Origin: Chrysomallon squamiferum
Taxonomy: Eukaryota; Animalia; Mollusca
DNA length: 64,000 bases
Assembly (NCBI GenBank): GCA_012295275.1
Contig: CM022672.1
Location: 33,418,001 to 33,482,000 of the forward strand
Direction: 5' to 3'
The first letter of the stretch is position 1; each line of letters opens with the position of its first letter. The notes beneath the pieces were generated by a model. That model searched no databases and was not told where the DNA came from. It saw only the letters and a list, made by a program, of their open reading frames with translations. Below, piece after piece: positions 27,901 through 43,040 of the stretch. The translations under genes and the position numbers were made by a program.

Positions 27901-29226
27901 TCAGTTTTATTTTTTATAAGTCAGCTGTTATTGCTACCGGTGTTAAGAACGATTCATATTAGCTGTCGAGTTATCCAGGTACTAATGTATAACTGAATTT
28001 AAATATACTGTGTTTATTTATTTGTTTCTTTGTTAGATCATTATTTATTATTAATTTATTTATTTATTTTTTTATTCATTCATTTTTTTCTTTTTATTTT
28101 TTTATTTTTTTTTTTTTTCAAATTTAGTTAATACTAATCAATTTATTAATATCTAACTGAATGAATACATAAAAAAATAAAATAAATAAATGGTAAAAAT
28201 AACGATTATTTTTCTTCTCTTTATTTTTTTTGTTTTAATTTTTATTTCTGTATTTGTATTTTATTTATTTATTTATTTTTTTTTATTTATTTTTTTGATT
28301 TTTTTAGTTATAAAATGACATCTGTTACTGAATGTCTATTTTTTAAATAGTATTTCGTTTCTTTACGTAGTATTTATATTATTATTTTTATTTAACGAAC
28401 CATGACTCATAAACAAATACAGTACATACATGTACATGTATGCATACTGAAATATCGATTTATATACACTTACACAAGACAGAAAGAAAGAAAAGAAAAA
28501 AAAAAAGTTAAAAGAACGAACGAAAGAAAGAACAAAAAAAAAGACTGACTCAGACAGACACACATACAGAAAGATAGAGATAATAGACAGGTAGTTAGTT
28601 ATGCAGGCAGCTAGATAGACAGAAAGGAAAAAAAAGGCAGATAGAGAAACAGACAGAAATCAACACGGTCAGATGGAAATGTGTATATATAAGACATATA
28701 GATTGCTATAGAGACAGATCACTCGTGCAGGAACTCGTGATGGGATGATAAATCGTTATACAACAAACCATTCAACAAAAGCCGATGGGTGATAGAATAA
28801 GCAAAGTATACTTGATATGACTGTGTGTGTGTGTATGTCTATGTGTTTGTCTGTCGGTGTGTGTATGGATTGTGCATAAAAATACACGTCAAACAAGCAC
28901 ATACACGTAAAGATGCACATATAATCATTAAAACACAGACACAAACTCATACGTTATACACAGAACGAACAGAAACATTCTTCTATACCTATGTGACATT
29001 TCTAACTTAGTCAACTTGGAAAAAGATACCGTAAGTTACTGTATCAGAATGATGTTTGCTAAGCAGGTAGCGAACCGGAGAGATTCACACACGTATAATG
29101 TAAATTACAGTAAACAAAAATATATCAATTTAAACAAAAAATAAAATAAAATAAAATAAAATAAAATCTCTCTACATCTCTGCATATATATATATACACA
29201 CACAAATATATATAATAGAATCTTTT

Positions 29227-29342
<116 letters not shown>

Positions 29343-30915
29343 GACACACACACAAATACCCGAACACATACATGATTCAACATAATAATTATATATGTCT
29401 TATTGATTTGATTTAATTTAATTTTTATTTTACCTTATTTATCTTATTTTTATTTTTTATTTTTTATTATTATTACTTTTTTTAAACATATTTTTCATTT
29501 CTAGATCAAATCTAATCTTTTTTTTTTTTTTTTTTTTTTAATTATTTTTTTATTTATTTAAAATTTAAAATTTATTTGATATTATTATTATTGTTTTATT
29601 TATTGTTTTTCATGCTGTCGAAGCTGGGAAGCTGGTTTGATGTTGGAATGATGATGATTGTTTAAATTATCATGCAGCTTATTATTTGTATCATTATTGT
29701 TATTCTTATTGTAATTTTAATTTATCCCTTTTCAATTTAAATTGATTTTTATTTCTATTTCATTTCCATTATTCAAGATTATTTTTTTTACATATATTTT
29801 TTTTTCATTTCTGGATGAAATGTAATCTTTAGTTTACTTTTTTTTTTTTTTTTTTTGCAAATTTATTTATTTATTTATTTAATTTTTAGAATATTTTAAA
29901 TTTATTTGATATTATTATTATTATTATTTTTTTTTTTTTTCATGCTGTCGTAGCTAGGCAGCTGGTGTGATGTTGGAATGATGATGAATGTTTAAATTAT
30001 CATTATTATTATTATTATCATTATTATTATAATATTATTATTATTATTATTATTGTTGTTATTTATTATTATTGTTATTATTATTATTGCTATTATTGTT
30101 ATTAATATTATTATAATTATTGTTGTTGTTATTATTATTATTATTATTGTGATTCTGTGGACCCAGTCGATTGTATGAATGGCAAATTTAATTGAATTTT
30201 TATGTGTGAATGTGTTGTTCTTATAAACACTTTTACTTATACAGTAGGGTTAGCACCGTGCAGCAGATGTTGTATTGATTTTAAGTATTTTAAACTATGT
30301 CACCAAAAAGAAATTATAATAATAAAAATTAAAATCACATAAATTGAAATGAAATAAAAATTAAATTGAAAAAAAATAAAAGAAACAAGAAAATAATAAT
30401 AAAATTAAAATTAAATTGTTAATAATCTATTTCATGATGGTATAATACTATCATCATTATACTATACAGAACAACCTTTCATTCCTGTTTCTGTCTCATC
30501 TAGTTACGATGGATTTATCACCCTAGCAGAAGAGTGAGGAGATGTCACCTGCAGTTTCTCAGTATATGTATGTGTGTCTTAAACATCATTTATCAGCACT
30601 AAATAAGAAACAGCAAACCGTTAGACACCAACAGTAGATTCCAGATACAGGAACAGTATAACTGTAAACTAGTAAATCATTTCTTTTATAACACAAAACA
30701 TTGGAATGTACAAGATGAAATGATATGGTCGAATCATCCTGACTTGACATAAAAAAACATAAACAAATAAAAAAAAATTATGATGAAACATACGCCCCAA
30801 CTGAATATTAATAAGCGTGAAGAAAATGATTACATGAGTTAGAAAAATTCAGGTAGCAAAATATTTTATTTCAGTTTTACTTTCGTTTTACAGTTACGCA
30901 AAAGTTCCTTCGCTT

Positions 30916-31042
30916 TCATAGTAACTCTCCCGTCAAGCAGTCATGTGACGTATCGTCAGCCTTCACCAGCAGAGCTTTGCAACCGTCTGCTTTGACGATG
31001 CATCCGTCTGGAGGTTGAATTACTCCCGCTCTGATACCATAT
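30916..31042 (-). pseudogene. orphan MSP exon 3 (A/B subtype) with intact acceptor, frame and polyA signal; its own exons 1-2 are removed by a rearrangement at ~31547
   Basis: acacag|A TAT GGT.. = YGIRAGVIQPPDGCIVKADGCKALLVKADDTSHDCLTGELL*. Intron 2 homology stops at ~31547, where another repeat block begins. Confidence 0.8.
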
Positions 31043-32957
31043 CTGTGTACAACGACAATAACAACGTCAACAACAACAACAACAACAACAATAATAATAA
31101 CAATAATAATCATCATAATAACAATAATGATGATGATGGTGATAATAGTAGTAGTAGTAGTAGTAGTAGCAGAAGTAGTAGTATTAATGGTGATTGCAGT
31201 AGTGTTAGTAATATGTACGCACACACACACACAGACACACACACACACGGGTTTTGCAGTTATGAAAATTGAAAAGTAGCTTCACTTTCAACTGGTTTAT
31301 ATATAAAAAAATGTTTTAGGGGTCTCGTTTCATATGAAGACCATAACGAATGGAGGCTGGTTTTTTTGTGTGTTTTTTTCAAGAAGGTGTTGCCATCTGA
31401 TAGAGAGAGTGTCATTACGATGGGACTGGTCCTGCTTATCTTCGAGGTGATAGTGAATACATAAGATATAATAATAATAATAAAACTAAATAATAATAAT
31501 AATAATAATGATAAGAATCATCATCATGACCATCATCATCGTCATCGATAGTTTTATTTTTATAAGTCAGCTGTTATTGCTACCGGTGTTAAAAATGATT
31601 CATATTGGCTGTCGAGTTATCCAGGTACTAATGTATAACTGAAATTAAATATACTGTGTTTATTTATTTGTTTCTTTGTTAGATCATTATTTCTTTTTTA
31701 TTTATTTATTTATTCATTCTTTCTCTTTTTTTTTAGTAACTTTTTTCGCAAATTTAGTTAATACTAAACATGAAAGAATGAATACAAATAATAATTAATA
31801 AATAAATAAACAGTAATAATAACGATTGTCATTTTTCTTCTCTTTATTTTTATTTTTCTGTTTAATTTTTAATTCTGTATTTGTATTTTGCTACCATATT
31901 TATTTATTTTTTACTTTTTTGGATATTTTTTAGTTATAAAATGACATCTGTTACAGAATGTCTATTTTTGAATAGTATTTCGTTTCTTTACGTAGTATTT
32001 ATATTATTATTTTTATTTAACGAACCATGACTCATAAACAAATACAGTACATACATGTACACCTTATGCATACTGAAATATCGATTTATATACACTTACA
32101 CACGACAGAAAGAAAGAAAAGAGAAAAAAGTTAAAAGAACGAACGAAGGAAAGAACAATAAAAAAAGACTAATACTCAGACAGACACACATACAGAAAGA
32201 TAGAGATTATAGACAGGTAGTTAGTTATGCAGGCGGGTAGACAGAAAGAAAAAAGAAAGGCAGATAGAGAAACAGACAGAAATCGCACGGACAGATGGAA
32301 ATGTGTCTTTATAAGACATATAGATTGCTATAGAGACAGATCACTCGTGCAGGAACTCGTGATGGGATGATAAATCGTTATAGAACAAACCATTCAACAA
32401 AAGCCGACGGGTGATAGAATAAGCAAAGTATATAAACTTCATATGACTCTGTGTGTGTATATGTGTGTGTGGTTGTCTGTCGGTGTGTGTATGTATACTT
32501 GAGATGACTGTGTGAGTGTGTGTCTGTGTGTTTGTGTGTGTGTGTGATTGTGTGTGTGTGTGTTTGTGTGTCAGTGTGTGTATGGATTGTGGATGAAAAC
32601 ACATGTCAAACAAGCACATAAACGTAAAGATGCACATATAAGAATTGAAATATAACACAAACCCATACGTTATACACATTCTAAATTAACATATACACAC
32701 GGACATAGAGAAATCCAGAAACGGACTCTAAATTAGAAATATACTGTAATTAATGTATTACAAGATATCCTAACAAAAAGCAAGAAAAAAAAAAGAGAAA
32801 TAAGAATAATAATAATCCTCTGTTGATTGTTTTTGTTATTCAGTCAGCGGTGTTTGGTTTCTTTTAATTAAGCATTTCACAAAGAAATATGCTATTTTTG
32901 TTTGTTTCGTATTACTAAAAAAAGCAAAGAAAAACCCAACAAAACAACAATTATCTA

Positions 32958-32995
32958 CAATAAATGCTTCACAGAACCCGCATCAGCAGTTCAGG
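32958..32995 (+). promoter_or_regulatory. candidate core promoter of copy C (TATA-like AATAAAT plus Inr-like GCAGTT about 29 nt downstream)
   Basis: The spacing is consistent and it lies about 35 nt before the ATG. Similar sequence lies upstream of D (~38945-38985) and E (~52690-52725). Motif inference only. Confidence 0.3.
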
Positions 32996-33025
32996 AATAG
33001 AAACGTTAGAGTAAAATCTGAAGAA

Positions 33026-33357
33026 ATGTTGCTTTTCATTCTGCTATGTGTTTTAAATTTGCTTACAAGTACGGATTCAAGCTGTGTCTTTTACAGCCCT
33101 ACACCATTCCGTAAGTAGAACATGATAATTTATATTACTGCAGGTTTTGGAAAATAGGTTCGATAAGTTGCTGATGCTGTTCCATTATTACTACGACTAC
33201 TACCACTTATACCACTGCAACTATCACCACTGCATCGATAACTACTACTACTACTACAACTACGGCTACTAGTATCCACTACTAGTCAATTGCTACTTCC
33301 AATACTTCTAAACATAGATTAATGTTATAATAATAATTGTTATTGTTGTTGCTGCCG

Positions 33358-33401
<44 letters not shown>

Positions 33402-34317
33402 CACCCAAGTTACTACTACTGCTGATACTACTATGTCTCCTTTTTTACATGACTGCTACTACTACAGCTACTGCAATGTTCATCTACTTACTATTACTAC
33501 TACTACTGCTACTGCAATGTTCATCTACTTACTATTACTACTACTACTGCTATCTTCATCACCAACATCATAATTATCATGATCATTATCATTATTACTA
33601 CTACCACTCCTACTACTTCTAAAGCCTCATCATCAACAACATAATTTTTGTCAGTATGATCATGTTAATTTTAATAATGGCGGAATAAAAAGTGCATATT
33701 TATATTATTTTATATACAGGTTCTGTGGGTAAACACTGTGAAGATAAAGATGGTAGACAATCAGACGTTGGCGACACGTATAAAGTAGAGGAGAAGTGTA
33801 CAAAGTGCACATGCACTGGTTTTGGCCTCTCATGTTGCGGGTTATTACTATTTCTTGCTCTTCTGTTTTTTTTTTTTTTTTTTTTTTTTTTTTGTTCTTG
33901 CTCTTTTTTTCTTATTCGTTTTCTTCTTATGCTTCTTCCATTGTTTCTTCTTCTTCTTTTTCTACTTCTTCTAATACCATGTGCTCTGTTATTATTATCA
34001 TTATCCACGTAGAATGAGTGCATGCATATGTATACATGTGTATGCGTATATGTAGATGTATGTGTATATATTCACACACACATACATATTTATGTATGTA
34101 CATATGTGTATGAATTTATGTCTGTTTGTGTTTTTGTGTGTGTATCAAACCAGTTGAAAGTGAAGCTACTTTTCAATTTTCATAACTGCAAAACCCGTGT
34201 GTGTGTGTGTGTCTGTGTGTGTGTGCGCGTACATATTACTAACACTACTGCAATCACCATTATTACTACTACTTCTGCTCCTACTACTACTATTATCACC
34301 ATCATCATCATTATTGA

Positions 34318-34348
<31 letters not shown>

Positions 34349-34516
34349 GTTGTTGTTGTTGTTGTTCTTGTTATTGTCGTTGTACACAGATATGGTATCA
34401 ATGCGGGAGTAATTCAACCTCCAGACGGATGCATCGTCAAAGCAGACGGTTGCACACCTCTGCTGGTGAAGGCTGACGATACGTCACGTGACTGCTTGAC
34501 GGGAGAGTTACTATGA
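33026..34516 (+). CDS. MSMB: beta-microseminoprotein-like secreted protein, copy C (intact chimeric gene, 110 aa)
   Basis: Exons 33026-33110 (donor GTAAGT), 33720-33840 (weak donor GTTATT) and 34390-34516: MLLFILLCVLNLLTSTDS|SCVFYSPTPFRSVGKHCEDKDGRQSDVGDTYKVEEKCTKCTCTGFGLSCCGYGINAGVIQPPDGCIVKADGCTPLLVKADDTSRDCLTGELL*. It has 10 mature Cys, and AATAAA at 34562-34567. Confidence 0.8.
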
Positions 34517-35383
34517 AAGTGAAAGAACTTTTGCGTAACTGTAAAACGAAAGTAAAACTGAAATAAAATATTTTGCTAGCTGAATTTTTCTAACTCATGT
34601 AGTCATTTTGTTCAAGCTTATTAATATTCAGTCGGGGCATATGTTTGATCATAGAATTTATTATTTGTTTTATATTTGTTTTTGTCAAGCCAGGATGATT
34701 CGACCATATCATTCAGTGAGAACTATGTCAATGGAACTTTGAAAATAACAGCCTTTTCATAATCATTTATTTATTGCCAGTGTGTTCCAACAAAAATATA
34801 TATTTATAATAATGCAAATTTCATGTTGTATATTCTAATCTTTTGTGTTATAAAAGAAATGATTTGCTAGTTTACAGTTATACTGTTCCTGTATCTGGAA
34901 TCTACTGTTGGTGTCTAACGGTTTGCTGTTTCTTATTTAGTGCTGATAAATGATGTTTAAGACACACATACATATATTGAGAAACTGCAGGTGACATCTC
35001 CTCACTCTTCTGCTAGGGTGATAAATCCATCGTAACTAGATGAGATAGAAACAGGAATGAAAGGTTGTTCTGTATAGTATGATGACGATAGTATTATACC
35101 ATCATGAAATAGATTATTGACAATTTAATTTTAATTTTATTATTATTTTCTTGTTTCTTTTTTTCAATTTAGTTTTTATTTCATTTCAATTTATTTGATT
35201 TTAATTTTTATTATTATAATTTCTTTTTGGTGACATAGTTTAAAATACTTAAAATCGATACAACATCTGCTGCACGGTGCTAACCCTACTGTAGAAGTAA
35301 AAGTGTTTATAAGAACAACAAATTCACACATAAAAATTCAGTTAAATTTGCCAGTCATACAATCGACTGGGTCTACAGAATGA

Positions 35384-35545
<162 letters not shown>

Positions 35546-35892
35546 TACAAATAATAAGCTGCATGATAATTTAAACATTCATCATCATTCCAACATCAAA
35601 CCAGCTTTCCAGCTACGATAGCATGAAAAACAATAAATAAAACAATAATAATAATACCAAATAAATTTTAAATTTTAAATAAATAAAAAAAACATTTAAA
35701 AAAAAAAAGAAAACAAAAGATTAGATTTGATCTAGAAATGAAAAAATATGTTTTTAAAAAAATAATAATAATAAAAAATAAAAAAAAAATAAAAATAAGA
35801 TAAATAAAAAAATAAAAATTAAATTTTCAAATCAAAAAAAAAATATATAATTATAATAAAAAAAAATCTTTCAGAGAGTTTTTGAGAGAGTC

Positions 35893-35970
<78 letters not shown>

Positions 35971-36458
35971 GAAAAAATATGTTTACTATATTTGCTAAGC
36001 TGGTATATACATATATATATAGATGGATGCACAGATATAGAGTGAGTTTATTTTATTTTAATTTTTTTAAATTAATATATTTTGTGTGCTGTACTATAAT
36101 TTACATCATACGTGTGTAAATCTCCTTCTTATATATCAACTCTGGTTCACTACCTGCTTAGCAAACATCTTTCTGTTACAGTTTATGGTAACTTAGGGTA
36201 TCTTTTTCCAAGTTCACTAAGTTAGAAATGTCACATAGGTATAGAAGAATGTTTCTGTTCGTTCTTCTCGGTTTTGCTGATGTTCTCGTAACCTTGGATG
36301 CAGGCTGTTTGATAATGAGAACTGATACCTTCAGAACAGGTCTGTGTGTTAAACAACGGTGAAACGATGACAACTATTTTAATGATATTCGATTTAGTAT
36401 ATTCGTGTATGTATGTATGTATGTATTATGTATGTATCATCTATGTATCCATCCATCC

Positions 36459-36524
<66 letters not shown>

Positions 36525-36842
36525 ATATATAATTAGTTTTGAAAAGATCAGCGTTTTAGTGATAAGGATTTTTGCAACATCCAGGTAGATCAAAATATAA
36601 AATGAATTAAATGAAAAAAAAAAAAAAAAAAATGAAATGTAGCAAAATAGCACAAACACACACAAGCACAAAACAAATATCACCTCTCTTCGTAATCTAT
36701 CTTTATATTCTGTTAGTTATCTGTGTCATTGTCTGTTATTCTGGTTTCTGTATTTTTTATATATTAAACTTATATTCCTTATTGACATCCAGACATCCAG
36801 ACAATTAAATGATTAGATACATGAAAAGTCTGACGAGCATAG

Positions 36843-36941
<99 letters not shown>

Positions 36942-37369
36942 ATACTGGTATCATTATAATAATAATATTATAACAACAATAATAATAATAACAACTGTGA
37001 TAATGATCATGATGATGATGATGATGATGATAACAATAAATTAAAACAATATGACTATTATGTTATGCTGGCGGGCGAATATGTTAAAACAAGAGAATAA
37101 ATGTTTACACTGCTACTGCTGAGCCAATTTCCTTTCTTGTCGGTCTGTATTGGCTTCCATTAATGTTTCATCAAACCATTTGTGATAGACAATATAAAAC
37201 TTTTCTTGTTGCTGTTGTTGTTGCTGCTGCGTATGATGATGATGATAATGATGACGATGATGATTACAGTTTCAAAATTAACATAAAAGAAAAAAATAAA
37301 GAACGAAACAGGAGACAATTTTATTTTTTTTAAATTTTTTTTTCAACAGACTGTTCGGATTCATCTACG

Positions 37370-37739
37370 CTAATTAAAGTTGCATTTTTGAGTGATGTTG
37401 TTCTTATCCATTAACATCGGTTTGCAGTCGTCTCCTTATTTCACGATACATCCTTCAGGAACGAAAATTGCAACACCGGCAACACCATACCTGTACATTT
37501 ATTATATTTTAATGATTTCAAAAAATACATAAAATAATTACACACAGAAAGACCTATTATTATAATCAACTATATTAAACCCCTAAAAAACAAATACATA
37601 TATATATATGTACGGATGTATTTTTGTACATAAATGTACATATGTATATGCGTTTGTGTTTGTGTGTGTGTGTGTGTATATATATGTATGTATATATTAT
37701 ATGTATGTAGGTATTTATGTATGTATGCATCAATATATG

Positions 37740-37770
<31 letters not shown>

Positions 37771-38913
37771 TGATACACACACAAACACAAACACACATAA
37801 ATTCATACACATATGTACATTTAGATACATAAATACATACGTACATACATAAATATGTATGTGTGTGTGAATATATACACATACATCTACATATACGCAT
37901 ACACATGCATACATATGCATGCACTCATTCTACGTGGATAATGATAATAATAACAGAGCACATGGTATTAGAAGAAGTAGAAAAAGAAGAAGAAGAAGCA
38001 ATGGAAGAAGCATAAGAAGAAAACGAATAAGAAAAAAAGAGTCAGAAAAAAAACAAAACAACAACAACAACAGAAGAGCAAGAAACAGTAATAACCCGCA
38101 ACATGAGAGGCCAAAACCAGTGCATCTGCACTTTGTACACTTCTCCTCTACTTTATACGTGTCGCCAACGTCTGATTGTCTACCATCTTCATCTTTACAG
38201 TGTTTACCCACAGAACCTGTACATAAAATAATATAAATATGCACTGTTTATTCCGCCATTATTAAAATTAACATGATCATACTGACGAAAATTATGTTGT
38301 TGATGATGACGTTTTATAGAGGTAGTAGGAGTGGTAGTAGTAATAATGATAATGATCATGATAATTATGATGTTGGTGATGAAGATAGTAGTAGCAGTAG
38401 TAGTAGTAATAGTAAGTAGATGAAAATAGTAGTAGCAGTAGTAGTATTAATAGTAAGTAGATGAACATTGCAGTAGCTGTAGTAGTAGCAGTCATGTAAA
38501 AAAGGAGACATAGTAGTACCAGCAGTAGTAGTAACTTGGGTGATAATAAGATATATATATATATATATATATATATAACATCGGCAGCAACAACAATAAC
38601 AATTATTATTATAACATTAATCTATGTTTAGAAGTATTGGAAGTAGCAAATTACTAGTAGTGGATAATAGTAGCCGTAGTGGTAGTAGTAGTAGTAGTTA
38701 TCGATGCAGTGGTGATAGTTGCAGTGGTATAAGTAGTAGTAGTCGTAGTAATAATGGAACAGCATCAGCAACTTATTGAACCTATTTTCCAAAAACTGCA
38801 GTAATATAAATTATTATGTTCTACTTACCGAATGGTTTAGGGCTGTAAAGTAAACAGCTTGAATCCGTACTTGTAAGAGAATTTAAAACACATAGCAGAA
38901 TGAAAAGCAACAT
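37370..38913 (-). pseudogene. MSP-like copy D with a premature stop in exon 3
   Basis: Exons 38913-38829, 38216-38096 and 37490-37370: MLLFILLCVLNSLTSTDSSCLLYSPKPFGSVGKHCKDEDGRQSDVGDTYKVEEKCTKCRCTGFGLSCCGYGVAGVAIFVPEGCIVK*. The TAA at 37438-37436 replaces AAG of the paralogues and removes the last two Cys. Confidence 0.8.
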
Positions 38914-39873
38914 TTCTTCAGATCTTACTCTGACCTTTCTATTCCTGAACTGCTGATGCGGATTTTGTGAAGCATTTATTGTAGATAATTGTTGTTTTGT
39001 TGGGGTTTTTTTTGCTTTTTTTAGTAATACGAAGCAAACAAAAATAGCACATTTCTTTGTGAAATGCTTAATTAAAAGAAAACAAACACCGCTGACTGAA
39101 TAACAAAAACAATCAACAGAGGATTATTCTTATTCTTATTTCTCTTTTGTTTTCTTGCTTTGTGCTAGGATATCTTGTAGTACATTAATTACTGTATATT
39201 TCTAATTTAGTGTCCGTTTCTGGATTTCTCTATGTCCGTGTGTATATGTTAATTTAGAATGTGTATATCGTATGGGTTTGTGTTATATTTCAATTCTTAT
39301 ATGTGCATCTTTACGTTTATGTGCTTGTTTGATGTGTGTTTTTATGCACAATCCATACACATACCGACACACAAACACAAACACACAATCACACACACAC
39401 ACAAACACACAGACACACACTCACACAGTCATCTCAAGTGTACATACACACACCGACAGAGAAACAGATACACATACACACACACACAGTCTGATGGGTC
39501 AGTAGACTACAAAATTGGCTTGGTTAAATCAAGCAGTGGTTAATAAACCAATATGCTCGATTATATTTAATCACTTAATTTCATATCCTAATACAGAAAA
39601 TGTATTGGATCATATGAAGAGGAAGTATCTTGGCTATAAATTGTTTTTGTTAATATTTGAATTAATATTTAATCTGCAGAAAAAGAAATGATTTCTTTTC
39701 TATATCTCTGAACCTATAAAAAGTTAGAACACTGATGACTCTAACAAATATTTTCTAAGACAAAAGACTATCGTAAACTCACCATATAATAATACCACAT
39801 TACCACGTGCTTCAGGAGAATCTGGTTTAAGTTTGTAAAAAAAATGTTCACATGTGTATATTATGAGAATAGG

Positions 39874-40039
<166 letters not shown>

Positions 40040-40929
40040 CATAAACATATTCATATTAAGTAAATTTAAGAAAAAAAGAAAAAAAGAAAGGAAAAGAAAA
40101 GAATTTATTAAATGAAACAGTTGTCAAAACTTACCTCGTATAGACAGTTTAAAATACAGTTGGATGGTGCGACCGAGTACGGGGTTATCGTAAAATAGTT
40201 TTTCATGTTTCTAATCATCTCGTATTTACTTTTTTATCGTCTGCTTCGTTCACCTACTTTATAAACTAGAGTTACTTACCTTCCTTTACAAACGAAGACC
40301 TTATTCTTACAGTATGTTTTATTTTTAGTTGAGTTCGATATCATATATATATATATATATATATAACTTTTTATATAATTTTTTGTTTTTTATTTTTTAA
40401 ACGTTATGATTTTTTGTTTATATAAATCATTGACTTATTTACTTATTGTAGTCGTCTGCTTCCTTGAACTACTTATTATCTAGAGTTACTTCCCTTCTGT
40501 CAATAACAAAATGTTTTATTTTTTCATCGATGTTCGATATCTAATAAAAATAAATATGTTATTGCAAATTGAATAACGATGATTATGAGTAAATAACTAG
40601 GTCGTAACTAACATGGCTAATCGATTAGAAAACATTTAAGCTAATTTAAATTTTTACTTTTATTGTCACTCTCGTTAAAATATTTAATTTAGAAAAAATA
40701 TATTATGCTTACTTTTCTTTTTCTTTGTATTCTTCGTTTTAATACTTTAATTATTTATCTTCAGTGTAAATTATATCGATAATAATGTGTGCTAAGTAAT
40801 AAATAAATATAGACAAAAAGAAAATGTTTATTTATTTTATTAAAATGTATTTTGATTCTTAACATCATCTATTTTCAATCGTTCTTTTTTGACTGACACC
40901 ATTTTCGAAAAGTTAACGATAGGAGAAAA

Positions 40930-41345
40930 AGCAAGGACAAAACAAAGGAAATTATGTAGGTATGTAACAGTTTTCTGATATGGTTGAACATGGCGTTTTG
41001 ATCCAGATAATGAAAGCTCTAGACTCAGTAATTCAGACTAAACTGGTTTCGATCCTATTTTCGTGAGTGGCATGATGTGGAAGAAATTGGTGACGTTACT
41101 TCTACCATGGGTCGCATATTCTTTTTCATCTAATGTGAACGATATCCCATTAGAAGTCTAGGGTAAATTATAATTCTATACCGACGACTGCACTGCTATT
41201 GCTAGAGAGAAACACAACAGAATTTCAGCAATAACTTTAAAATGGACTAGAATGAATATTGCGTTGCTAATTGATAATAAATTGTCTCTGCACCTGGGAA
41301 AGACAGAGCCAATTCTCTTTGCGTGAAACATGAAACAGAGTAGAG
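40930..41345 (+). mobile_element. duplicate of the decayed LINE RT fragment
   Basis: Near copy of 25575-25985 (LIDNKLSLHLGKTEPILF). Confidence 0.8.
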
Positions 41346-41689
41346 GGGTGAGCAAGATAGACGACCTTGTCTTTGTTTAACGTAAAACCCGGTTATCTAT
41401 GAAACTGTATTTCATTAGACACAGTTCTTTTAACTAACTATGTTTATATTATTAAAGTATTAATTTTTATTTCTATATTCTTGAGATAATCTAATCTCTG
41501 TATACGAAATAAAGAAAAGATGAAGTAACGACAGATGTTAAACATGTATTAATAGTAATAATATGTAAAGAATCTCTTTCTGACTGTCAACATCTGCTAA
41601 TAATTAGTTCTTTTACACGAATATACGCAATACCGAGTTTTTAAATTTTGAAGTTACATTAAATAGCGATCAGTTTTGTTTGAGGAAGT

Positions 41690-43040
41690 AAAGTACCTTT
41701 GAAATTTGACCGACCTAATTGTTTCTCTTTTCTCTTTGAGTCCACGGGTTTCACCAACGTCCTCAGAAACTCAATCGAGGTTTGAGTGTAGGCTCTGGTT
41801 CTGGGTATGGAGGGAGAAGCGGGAAGCGGGCGGTTGCGGAAGACAGCGGTTCCGTTTGATGATCACGGACGTCACGGAGAGAACTTGAAACTTTAGCCTT
41901 GCTTTGATAAGCGGTTTGCAGCGGAATCTGGTATGATAGGAGAAACTGGGGGTCGATTGAGCTGATAACAGATATTTCATAGATTCTGTAAAAGGTGGTG
42001 TTTTTGTTAGAAATTTCTTTTCACTTCTTAATGCAGTTTTCGTCGATCAGCCATGTAGTTCTCTGTTGCACTGGTTAACAGAATAAATCTGCTGTTGGTG
42101 ACCAATGAGCCAGTTTCTGTAGAGACTAGTATGTTGTCACATGGTCAGGTGGCTCACTGGATCCCACTGCATTTCAACCGAACAGACAACTGATAGATAA
42201 TTCATAGATCATTTGTTATTTTACTTGAGGAGAAATGAGACTGCGGTAACTGGTATAAAAATAATGCCTAGAGATAAAGAACGGCAGAAGTGAATGATAC
42301 GATTCAGCGGCAGTGTTGATGGGTTCCATCTGGAATACGATTCAGCATTAGCTTAGGACTCTTGGAAGTACACTGAAACCACAGATACTGAATCAATGGC
42401 GCAGTATGCTTTAGACTGAGGTCAGTGTGTTGAAAATGTAATTCACCCTTTAGTTTAATTCACCTCAAATGAAATCTATGAGAGTAATAATAAAAAAGAT
42501 TTACATATGTGTTGTTTCTAGGTAGATTTGCTGTTTGATATCATCACCCACAGGATCCCTTACCCTGGGTCCTGATGGGTTATCACGACCCATGTTAATA
42601 AAGTGTTTACTATAACGATGTTGTTGAAGAAAACCTATCAAACTCTATATTTCAATAAAAAGAAATAATGCCTCTATAAACATCAGCAGTTTTTCTGACA
42701 GCAGACGCGAACGTTTTCATGAAATGGCAGATCGCCCCTTGCAACTGACACTTGAACTCTTTCCTTAGCAGAATGAAATCTGTGAGAGGAGTAGCAATAC
42801 ACTGCTACATCAGCTGGCTTCCTTGCATCACAATGGCGACTGTAGCTTCGCGATTTGTCAATATGTCACAAAGTCATGCAGGCATTAAGAGATTAAAGAC
42901 ATTTTTAAAAAGGTACGTGTGGTATTGAGACATTTTGTTGAGAAATCATGCAGATGTCTGTTTATGATTTGTCACCTGAACGAGAAATGGTGCATGCATT
43001 GTTGATATAATATTTGTCAGCCGTGTGACACATCGCGACA
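41690..43040 (-). mobile_element. duplicate of the probable Gypsy remnant
   Basis: Homologous to 26330-27900. Confidence 0.4.
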
